A stretch of 64,000 nucleotides of DNA from Candidatus Parcubacteria bacterium (GTDB lineage Bacteria > Patescibacteriota > Patescibacteriia > UBA1558 > GWA2-36-10): positions 15,157 through 79,156 of the forward strand of contig JABJNO010000006.1 of the NCBI GenBank assembly GCA_018664825.1, in the 5' to 3' direction. The first letter of the stretch is position 1; the number at the start of each line of letters is the position of its first letter. Positions 1 to 6,861 of this stretch are shown piece by piece. The notes beneath the pieces were generated by a model. It was not told the origin of the DNA, did not search any database, and worked only from the letters and a program-made list of their open reading frames with translations. A program made the position numbers and the translations under genes.

Positions 1-597
1 ACTGCTGTAGCTGCCGGTCGTAAGGAAGCCGCTTCTGCCAATCAGGCAGAGATGGTAGCCCAAGCTGCTGGTAAGCAGGCCGATCTGCTGGCCGATGCTG
101 CTGGTGTCGAAGCTGCTGGTAAAGCTGTCGGTGCGGCCATTCTGGCCAAGCTGGGTGCTGAAGCTGATGGCGCAGACAAGAAGAACAAGGCTCTGGCCAA
201 CCTGTCCGATGGTGCCAAGCTGATCATGGTCTTGGAGAAGCTGCCGACTATCATCGAAGAGATCGGTGAAGCTGGCGAACGCGTCGTGGGTTCGGCCTTT
301 GAGCATGTTGGCTCTGGCCTGGCTGGTATCGATGGCGTCAAGATCGTGGACTTCGGTGGTGGCGGTGGTAACGGTTCCGCTGTTGCCGATCATGCTCTGA
401 ATATCCCCCGAATCGTCTTCAAGACGATGGCGGGATTGAAGGAACTGGGCATCAACCCTGAAGATCTGTTCTCCAAGCTGGGCATCGATATGTCCCAGGT
501 GGAAAACATTCTCAGTGGTGCTCTTACGACCAACAAAGATGTGACTCCTGCTCCCGAGCAGGAGACCGAGACCGAGACCGCTCCGGTCGAAGCTTAG
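1..597 (+). CDS. Flotillin-like (SPFH/band-7, YqiK/FloT-type) protein, C-terminal fragment. The ORF is open from nt 1, so it is 5'-partial.
   Basis: Frame 1 is open from position 1 to a TAG at 595-597. Ala/Glu-rich coiled-coil tail followed by the segment LIMVLEKLPTIIEEIGEAGERVV...GGGGGNG...LNIPRIVFKTMAGLKELGI. This resembles flotillin C-termini (compare E. coli YqiK ...LLEKLPEIA...GGNGG...). GC about 60%, unlike most of the window. Confidence 0.5.
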   Translation, partial: TAVAAGRKEAASANQAEMVAQAAGKQADLLADAAGVEAAGKAVGAAILAKLGAEADGADKKNKALANLSDGAKLIMVLEKLPTIIEEIGEAGERVVGSAFEHVGSGLAGIDGVKIVDFGGGGGNGSAVADHALNIPRIVFKTMAGLKELGINPEDLFSKLGIDMSQVENILSGALTTNKDVTPAPEQETETETAPVEA

Positions 598-675
598 TCC
601 AAGCTGGACTATATCCGTAAGGGAGTTGGTCTCCAGACCAACTCCCTCACTCAATCCTCCAGCAAGGAGTAAGTC

Positions 676-1473
676 ATGAGAGAACGTGAATCTGGTCGTC
701 GTGGTCTACGCGACAATGATCGTGGAAGCGATCGACGTCGTAATGATCACACCGACGATCCTCCTCCTCCCCGTGAGGAAGTGGATACGCATCATGAGGA
801 GCGTAGAACCACTACTGCTCCCCGCCGAAACACTGAATCCGAAAGGGTCACTCCTCCGCCAACTGAGCGCGTTGCTCCAGTTGCAGCAAAAGTTGCTGAG
901 GAAGAGCCGACCAATTCTGTCATCAGTGCTGATGAACTGGCTCGCAACGGCTATACCAGTGAAGCTCCCTGGGAAAATCTTCCCGCGGACGTCGTGGTAA
1001 TCTGCTGTAGCGATCAGCGATTTGGTCGTCAAAACCGTGAATTCCTGCGAGCCCTGGGTTTCCAGAGTCCGCATTTCATCCAGATTCCTTCGGGACTGGC
1101 TGTATTCCACGGTCTGGCCGCGGTAAGTGGATTTTTGCCCAAAGGCATGAATCTTCTGCTCGATAAGGCGATCGATCTGACTGGCGTCAAAGACGTCATC
1201 TGTATCGCTCACCATGACTGTGGTGGCTACAAAGCTGGTCGCTTCGAAGTGATCGGCAAGCTGACTCGCCGTCTGGCTGGCATGGACATCCAAGATGTCC
1301 AGACCGAACAGCTCCACAGAGCTGCTCGTGACGTCCAACTCAGAATGGGCAATGACACGACTGTTCGTGCATTCTACTCCGACGTAGTCGGAAACGAAGG
1401 CGACCAGCAGGTCAAGTTCAGCGAAATTGATCTGATTCAGCGTAGTCTACGCAAAAAGCGCAAGGCAAGCTAA
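676..1473 (+). CDS. Beta-carbonic-anhydrase-like protein with an Arg/Asp/Pro-rich disordered N-terminal extension
   Basis: The two beta-CA zinc-ligand and dyad motifs are in the right order and spacing: VVICCSDQRF (C-x-D-x-R) and ICIAHHDCGGYKAG (H-x-x-C-G). The first 90 aa are low complexity (RRGLRDNDRGSDRRRND, PPPPREE). GC-rich. The internal ORFs 686..1000 and 706..1338 are antisense or out of frame and are ignored. Confidence 0.4.
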   Translation: MRERESGRRGLRDNDRGSDRRRNDHTDDPPPPREEVDTHHEERRTTTAPRRNTESERVTPPPTERVAPVAAKVAEEEPTNSVISADELARNGYTSEAPWENLPADVVVICCSDQRFGRQNREFLRALGFQSPHFIQIPSGLAVFHGLAAVSGFLPKGMNLLLDKAIDLTGVKDVICIAHHDCGGYKAGRFEVIGKLTRRLAGMDIQDVQTEQLHRAARDVQLRMGNDTTVRAFYSDVVGNEGDQQVKFSEIDLIQRSLRKKRKAS

Positions 1474-1506
1474 GTCAATCAAGTTTCTTGAAAAAGCAAC
1501 AACAAA

Positions 1507-1546
1507 GGCCCGGGAAGTAAAACTTCTCGGGCCTCTTTATTTTCCC
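1507..1546 (+). terminator. Intrinsic terminator for the GC-rich gene pair
   Basis: ggcccgggaag-taaaa-cttctcgggcc stem-loop (11-bp stem) followed by tctttattttcc. Confidence 0.6.
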
Positions 1547-1578
1547 GTCCTGAGCGTAGTCGAATGGACGGTTTTTTA
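1545..1578 (+). repeat. Hairpin repeat copy A (ccgtcc-TGAGCGTAGTCGAAT-ggacgg, then T6)
   Basis: 6-bp GC stem closing a 15-nt loop. The loop sequence recurs at about 60897, 63177 and 12173-12231 with different compensating stems. It lies exactly at the boundary between the GC-rich start of the window and the AT-rich remainder. Confidence 0.6.
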
Positions 1579-1580
1579 TT

Positions 1581-3545
1581 TTAAAAAATTACTTGATAAC
1601 CATCACTAACATTAGCATCTTCATCTACTACAAATAAATAAGCTGTACCGCCATCAAGGCTTCCAATATTGGCTGTAAATTGAATCGCCGTATCACCCCA
1701 GCTAGAATAGGACTGTATTTCACAGTGGGTAGCTAAATCTTTATTTTGATTATTACAAAGTTCAACTCTAGACCAGGAGCTATCAACATAAATATCATCA
1801 ATATAAAAATCATCACGATCAGTCCCAGAGTCCCACCAAGAATTGTAAAAACCAACAATAAATGGTCGTTTTAATTCTGAGAAATCTTCTCGTGTTTTGA
1901 TAGTAGTATCTTCCAGAATCAAATTGCCATCTCTCCACATTCGAATAACTCCATTATTGATATTGACGTCTGATTCTTGATATTCAAACTGAAAAAGATG
2001 CCAAGCATCAAGTGATATGTTGTCTATATTATCAAAACTTCCACCAAAACCATCAGTCACGTGTTCGGTGCTATAAATAAGACCTCCTCCTCCATAGCCC
2101 TGACTAGCTATGACAAAGTTTTCATTTATACTTCCTGGATTCCATAAACGGAAAAATTTCACATTAGCCAAAGAAGCATCGTAGCTCTCATCTCTTTCTT
2201 CGTTTGGCAACCAACCATCTCTTCCCCAGTCCCAGTTTTCATCCAATTTGAACCAATATTGTACAAACCATTTTTCAGACAAAGGACTGCCAGCACCCTT
2301 AAAGTAACCAAGGCCCTCTTGTAGGTTTCCTTGAAAATTATGAGTCCCACTGTATTGAGAATTTATATGCCTAGCTTCTGTGCCCACACTCAAATGATTT
2401 ATTGATCCCCAATTCTCACTAAAAGAACCCGACTCTACATCGTCCCAAACAACAGGACTATCCGTTGTCTTGGTAGTAAATGCACTACCACCAATAGTAT
2501 AACTCTGACCATGACTCAAGGTATCAGCAGACAAAGAGCTGATACTTGGCTCATCTGGAGTTGGGCAAGACAAGTCACTACCACTACAATCCTCATCCAC
2601 GCCATTGCCACAAATATCAGTAGCTCCTGGATTTATACTGGCATTATTATCATTGCAATCCAATGAAACATTGTAACCATCTGAATCACCATCGCACAAA
2701 CCACAGTCAGTAGAACAAGATGAACAGCTTTCTGTAGCGTTGCAAATATTATCACCGCAGTATGGGCCAGGAGTTGGCTCTGGATCTGGGTCTGGAATAG
2801 GATCTGGGTCTGGGTCTGGTTCGGGGTCAGGAGTTGGCCCTGGTGTTGGAGGTGGAGAAAAATAATAAGCTGGCATATAACCAGATAAGTTTATTTCTTC
2901 TCCTGTGATTGTCTCGCCAATAGAATAATCCACCAAACTATCAATTTCTATTACATTTGAAAGATTAAAATTGTTGGCTCCAAAAACATTCATACTGTTA
3001 AATTTACGAACATTGCCAACTTCAGAGACATAATATATGTCACCATCTTTTTTTATCAATGTTCCTCTTGGATATAAGTTTGATAAGTCTATATCCACTC
3101 GATAACTTGATGCAAAATACCCGGGAATAACATCCATAACCTTTGTATACCAATTCGCTCCATAAAGTGACTCAGCTATTTCGGCTGTAGGTATCCAATG
3201 GATAGCACCATCAAGATCAACTGCGTAAATTTTGGCTGTATTTTGATGGGTAATCAATTTTGTTCCTGCTCTATAAGGAATAGCTCCGCCATCTGGATAC
3301 TTATCAAGTTCAGTCACACTTACCCTGACCACATCATCAAAATTTTCATGCCAAGTAAAATATGTTTTATCATCTGGGAAGATATACTTTGCGCCATCTG
3401 AGCCAACATAATAAACAGCTGTACTCTCAACGCCCTCCAGAGCAAGTAAAGACCCTGGCCCATAGTTACCTTCTGCTTTGGTGGTAACTATCTGAAATGC
3501 ACCAAGGCTAAAAATAATAACTACTAATAAAATTAATTTTTTCAT
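1581..3545 (-). CDS. Secreted multidomain protein. It has a signal peptide, a Pro/Asp-rich linker, a Cys-rich Asp-rich metal-binding-like module and a C-terminal domain of unknown fold (possibly lectin/glycoside-hydrolase-like).
   Basis: The likely start is the internal MKKLILLVVIIFSLGA signal peptide. This avoids overlap with the neighbouring gene; the track start is 3575. Linker PPPTPGPTPDPEPDPDPDPIPDPDPEPTPGP. Cys cluster CGDNICNATESCSSCSTDCGLCDGDSDGYNVSLDCNDN...CGNGVDEDCSGSDLSC. No SD. Confidence 0.5.
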   Translation of the reverse strand: MKKLILLVVIIFSLGAFQIVTTKAEGNYGPGSLLALEGVESTAVYYVGSDGAKYIFPDDKTYFTWHENFDDVVRVSVTELDKYPDGGAIPYRAGTKLITHQNTAKIYAVDLDGAIHWIPTAEIAESLYGANWYTKVMDVIPGYFASSYRVDIDLSNLYPRGTLIKKDGDIYYVSEVGNVRKFNSMNVFGANNFNLSNVIEIDSLVDYSIGETITGEEINLSGYMPAYYFSPPPTPGPTPDPEPDPDPDPIPDPDPEPTPGPYCGDNICNATESCSSCSTDCGLCDGDSDGYNVSLDCNDNNASINPGATDICGNGVDEDCSGSDLSCPTPDEPSISSLSADTLSHGQSYTIGGSAFTTKTTDSPVVWDDVESGSFSENWGSINHLSVGTEARHINSQYSGTHNFQGNLQEGLGYFKGAGSPLSEKWFVQYWFKLDENWDWGRDGWLPNEERDESYDASLANVKFFRLWNPGSINENFVIASQGYGGGGLIYSTEHVTDGFGGSFDNIDNISLDAWHLFQFEYQESDVNINNGVIRMWRDGNLILEDTTIKTREDFSELKRPFIVGFYNSWWDSGTDRDDFYIDDIYVDSSWSRVELCNNQNKDLATHCEIQSYSSWGDTAIQFTANIGSLDGGTAYLFVVDEDANVSDGYQVIF

Positions 3546-3549
3546 ATTT

Positions 3550-4233
3550 TTATTCTTTTCTTTCTGCCACAACATAAATGATAAAAGCTCCTAAAATAAC
3601 AACGATAAATATTCCTAGCATAAAATAAAGCATTTTTGTATTTGAATCTTGCACCGGATCTTGCTGAAATACCAAAGGATCCTCTTCACCAGAATCATCT
3701 AGATGTATCACGTTGGGAGCAGACGGCATCATTTGTCTTTTGTCATTTTGTCTTTCGTTATTAGGATAAATTGGCTTACTTGGTGCATCTATCTGCTCTT
3801 CTCGAGTTTCAATAGTAAAATAAAGTTTTACAGCAGCTGAAATTTTTAGACCTCCTTGAGTAATAGGAGTAGCCTCAAGAAAAGCAAAATAATCACCCTC
3901 TTTTGCATCAGTTGGCAAATCTAGAAAAATATTTACTTCTCTTTTATCTCCTGCTTCAAGGAAAAAAATTTCAGGATCAAATTTTATCCATGACTCATCT
4001 GGTTGCAGCTCTTCTGCACTATCAGAAAAAGAAACGCTCATCTGAAAATCAACAGGATCGCTTCCTGTATTCAATACCTGTACTGCTTCCAGCTGGTATG
4101 TATCCCCTGCCTGGAGATTTTTGTCCAAATCAATTTTACCAGTACCAACTCCTACTCCTACTCCTAAACCAGCCAAAGATGCTATAGGGATAGCAATGGC
4201 CAATAAAGTTGTAATTAAAAATAATTTTTTCAT
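3550..4233 (-). CDS. Cell-surface protein with N-terminal signal peptide and C-terminal transmembrane anchor
   Basis: MKKLFLITTLLAIAIPIASLA signal peptide. Gly-Val repeat GLGVGVGVGTG. C-terminal hydrophobic helix MLYFMLGIFIVVILGAFIIYVV followed by ERKE. Confidence 0.45.
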   Translation of the reverse strand: MKKLFLITTLLAIAIPIASLAGLGVGVGVGTGKIDLDKNLQAGDTYQLEAVQVLNTGSDPVDFQMSVSFSDSAEELQPDESWIKFDPEIFFLEAGDKREVNIFLDLPTDAKEGDYFAFLEATPITQGGLKISAAVKLYFTIETREEQIDAPSKPIYPNNERQNDKRQMMPSAPNVIHLDDSGEEDPLVFQQDPVQDSNTKMLYFMLGIFIVVILGAFIIYVVAERKE

Positions 4234-4235
4234 AA

Positions 4236-4299
4236 TTTTATTTAATAATATGTTTTTATTGTACCAAAAAATCGCCTATTCGGCGATTTTTATAATTTA
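4236..4299 (-). terminator. Terminator plus extended -10 promoter module, read on the minus strand
   Basis: Minus-strand reading: atcgcc-gaat-aggcgat hairpin, T6, then TGGTACAAT about 25 nt upstream of the 4233 start codon. Confidence 0.5.
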
Positions 4300-5061
4300 T
4301 TAGCTGTGTGGCAAAATAATACCGACAAAATACATCAGTAATACTCCTACTACTAGCCAAATTGAATGAGAAATAATATTTTTCTTGTTTTCTCCATGAT
4401 GAAGCTCTGGAATCAAATCAGCAGTAGCCAAGTATATAAAATTACCAGCTGCAAAAGCCAAAACGAGTGGAATAATATTTTGCAAAGTACTACCAAAATA
4501 ATAAAATAATAAAGCTCCAAGCACAGCTATCAGGGCTGTCACTAGATTATAAAAAATTGCCTTAGCCTTTGATAATCCTGCATAAAGTAAGACTCCAAAA
4601 TCAGAAATTTCTTGGGGTATCTCATGAAGTACTACCGCCAAAGTGACCATCAGGCCAGCATGAAAATCTATCAAAAAAGCAGAGGCTATCAAAGCACCGT
4701 CAACAAAATTGTGAATACCATCACCCACCAAGTTGATAAGGGCCAAATTCTTTTTATCTTTTGTGTTTGGCTTGCCGTGATCCTCACAATGACAATGATG
4801 CCAGTGAAATACTCTTTCTAATAAAAAGAAAAATACAATACTAACAAGTACAACCATCATGATTTGATGAACATCGTAAATTTCTGCCTCAATGGCCTCG
4901 GGCAACATATCCAAAAGAGAAACAGAAAGTAGTGCTCCAGCTGCCACAGAAATCAAGGCTTTGAGAAAACTCTTTTTATTGTCTTTTTTGAAAATGACTA
5001 AAATCCCTACCAATGAGATAAGGCTGACAAAAATTGTAGCTAACAAAATGTTTAATAACAT
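4300..5061 (-). CDS. zupT: ZIP family zinc/iron permease
   Basis: Eight predicted TM helices. His-rich loop HWHHCHCEDHG. Conserved HNFVDGALIASAF and LHEIPQEISDFGVLL (ZIP HExPxE signature). Confidence 0.8.
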   Translation of the reverse strand: MLLNILLATIFVSLISLVGILVIFKKDNKKSFLKALISVAAGALLSVSLLDMLPEAIEAEIYDVHQIMMVVLVSIVFFFLLERVFHWHHCHCEDHGKPNTKDKKNLALINLVGDGIHNFVDGALIASAFLIDFHAGLMVTLAVVLHEIPQEISDFGVLLYAGLSKAKAIFYNLVTALIAVLGALLFYYFGSTLQNIIPLVLAFAAGNFIYLATADLIPELHHGENKKNIISHSIWLVVGVLLMYFVGIILPHS

Positions 5062-5088
5062 GAACTATCTTATCTTAATAATAACTTG

Positions 5089-5127
5089 GCCCAGGCCACC
5101 CTCTCTGGCTCCGCCACTCACCTTGCC
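5089..5127 (-). promoter_or_regulatory. GC-rich structured 5' leader element, copy 1, upstream of zupT
   Basis: ggcccaggccaccctctctggctccgccactcaccttgc. This is an about 39-nt GC-rich island in AT-rich DNA, between the extended -10 and the start codon. It is nearly identical at 6744-6782. It contains the ggcca-ccctctc-tggcc hairpin. Confidence 0.45.
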
Positions 5128-5175
5128 TTTATTATATCAAAAAACCCCGCCAGAAGCGAGGTTTGAATATTTTCA
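5128..5175 (-). terminator. Terminator-promoter cassette copy 1 (hairpin CCTCGCTTCTGGCGGGG + T6 + TGATATAAT)
   Basis: Minus strand: aaacctcgcttctggcggggttttttgatataat. A nearly identical cassette lies at about 9241-9290 and 11803-11870, with a related one at 10176-10262. Confidence 0.55.
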
Positions 5176-5185
5176 TTGCCTATAA

Positions 5186-5437
5186 TCAAGTATTGCTATT
5201 TTTTTCTTTCTCTATAGCCTCTTCGATAAGCTTAATTTTATCTATCCACTCTTGTGGTGCGCTTCCTTTTGTTTCTTCTCTTACTATTTTTGCAGCTTGA
5301 AGTGATCCATTTTTATTTCTCAGCCATTTCAAATACCCACCTCCTGAATATTTGGTCCTGTTGATTTCTAAGGTTTCAGGTGTAATTTCATCAAATTTAT
5401 CTTCGTCGCTTTTGAATAATGATTTAAAAAAATTCAT
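5186..5437 (-). CDS. Small conserved hypothetical protein (about 83 aa), copy 1 of a duplicated gene
   Basis: MNFFKSLFKSDEDKFDEITPETLEINRTKYSGGGYLKWLRNKNGSLQAAKIVREETKGSAPQEWIDKIKLIEEAIEKEKNSNT. About 90% DNA identity to 9297..9548, including its downstream terminator. The start is taken at the Met conserved in both copies; the track start is 5467. Confidence 0.6.
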   Translation of the reverse strand: MNFFKSLFKSDEDKFDEITPETLEINRTKYSGGGYLKWLRNKNGSLQAAKIVREETKGSAPQEWIDKIKLIEEAIEKEKNSNT

Positions 5438-5442
5438 ATTTT

Positions 5443-6156
5443 TTATTTTAATATTGTACCTCCCCACTCTACAACAGCAAAACCTTCTCTGTTGAATGTT
5501 TCTATTGTTTGTGGTTGCAACTCTACCATTTCATCCAATGATTTAAATACTACAAAAACACGCAAAACTGAATCCGGCTTAGGATCTATATCCAATTCTG
5601 CTCTGTCATGATATTCCTCCTTAGTAGCAAAATGAACTAAATTATATTTATTATTCAATAATTGTGGTAACCAATAAACAATAAATTCATTATACTCTTT
5701 TGGAGTTAGGCCGATTTCAGCTAACTTTTCTTGTAGAAAAAATACTGTTTCCTCTCCACTCACAACAAAGCCCGTAGACAAATCATAGTCCACATCTTTG
5801 TTGGATTCTCCCTCCCAAAAAAGATAACTATATTCTCTGTTGTCTTTTAGGTTGATGATTTTACTATCTGGATAAGCAAAGACATTCCAACCATTTTCAT
5901 ATTCTGGATATGTAACTGTAAAAGTGCCCTGATAATTTAGTTGAACATCAATATTTTGAGCTTGAGTTGGATAAAGATAAATAACCGGCTTCCACTCATC
6001 ATAAGGGCCTCCCGGAGGCGAAGATGGTGGCGTAGTTGAGCTCACCTCTTGGACTGGTGGGCTTATCGGCTCTATGTTTTCTGGTTCACTTGTATCTGTT
6101 GTACAAGCTGCACCCATCAGTAATGGAATGATTAAAACTAATAATAATTTTTTCAT
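5443..6156 (-). CDS. Putative lipoprotein
   Basis: Likely start MKKLLLVLIIPLLMGAAC with a lipobox-like LMGAAC. The mature part is Pro/Ser-rich and then globular. This start avoids overlap with the upstream NYN gene. Confidence 0.45.
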   Translation of the reverse strand: MKKLLLVLIIPLLMGAACTTDTSEPENIEPISPPVQEVSSTTPPSSPPGGPYDEWKPVIYLYPTQAQNIDVQLNYQGTFTVTYPEYENGWNVFAYPDSKIINLKDNREYSYLFWEGESNKDVDYDLSTGFVVSGEETVFFLQEKLAEIGLTPKEYNEFIVYWLPQLLNNKYNLVHFATKEEYHDRAELDIDPKPDSVLRVFVVFKSLDEMVELQPQTIETFNREGFAVVEWGGTILK

Positions 6157-6178
6157 GATTTTATTTTGAAAACACCTT

Positions 6179-6724
6179 TTATTTTTTATTAATATATTTC
6201 CTAGGAGCTTTATATACAAACCAGTCTTCTTTGGTTATCTCATAAAAATAATCCGCTTCTTCAACTAATATTCTTGCTGCAGTTTTCTTTACGGCTGCTA
6301 TTTCTACTCTGACTCCCTCACCCTTCAGATGAGACACCAGATCTACATAATCAGAATCTCCAGACATTATTATGATAGTATCAACTTTTGAAGCAAGCTG
6401 TGTAGCTTTGATAGTCAAAGGTATATCTGCTGATTTATGACATGGTATCACTGACCCATAATAATTTTCATGTAACCTTTCTGCAAATTTGGATGAGATG
6501 GATTTCCCTTCACGAAAATATAACAACCTATTCAAACCCCTGCCATTCAATAATTTTGGAATAACTTTATCAAAATCAATCATTGCGCTTTTATTTTTAG
6601 AAACATCGTGAATACTTCTCTCGATATTATTTCCATCACAAAGTATGGCCACAGATTGGTTTATGACCTGTTGTCTTACTTCTGGAATTAAATCGTTGGA
6701 TACTTGATTATTTTTTATCATCAT
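6179..6724 (-). CDS. NYN/LabA-like (DUF88-type) PIN-fold domain protein
   Basis: VAILCDGNNIERS ... IIIMSGDSDYVDLVSHLKGEGVRVEIAAV pattern, typical of LabA/NYN domains. Confidence 0.5.
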   Translation of the reverse strand: MMIKNNQVSNDLIPEVRQQVINQSVAILCDGNNIERSIHDVSKNKSAMIDFDKVIPKLLNGRGLNRLLYFREGKSISSKFAERLHENYYGSVIPCHKSADIPLTIKATQLASKVDTIIIMSGDSDYVDLVSHLKGEGVRVEIAAVKKTAARILVEEADYFYEITKEDWFVYKAPRKYINKK

Positions 6725-6743
6725 AATATTTATTTAATAACAT

Positions 6744-6782
6744 GGCCCAGGCCACCCTCTCTGGCCTTGCCATTCACCTTGC
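6744..6782 (-). promoter_or_regulatory. GC-rich structured 5' leader element, copy 2, upstream of the NYN gene
   Basis: ggcccaggccaccctctctggccttgccattcaccttgc. It is followed on the plus-strand side by the T-tract/TATATCA promoter motif, the same arrangement as copy 1. Confidence 0.45.
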
Positions 6783-6861
6783 GTTCAGTATATCAAAAAA
6801 CCATCCTAAGCGATAGCCGAATGGATGATTCTTTGATTGGTCTCATATAGACGCAAATATA

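Noticed and set aside
686-1338. Track ORFs 686..1000 (+) and 706..1338 (-) inside the GC-rich gene
   Set aside because: They are alternative-frame or antisense ORFs, as is typical of high-GC DNA. The 676..1473 frame carries the beta-CA motifs.
2159-3401. Short internal ORFs 2159..2350 (-) and 3198..3401 (+) within the 664-aa secreted protein gene
   Set aside because: They are nested in or antisense to a long well-supported ORF, and there are no independent signals.
5131-5139. Plus-strand TG(CC/GC)TATAAT sequences at 5171-5180 and 9279-9288 as plus-strand promoters
   Set aside because: The TG is two nt, not one, from the hexamer. They would drive antisense transcription into the small duplicated gene. 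This is more likely a by-product of the AT-rich cassette sequence.
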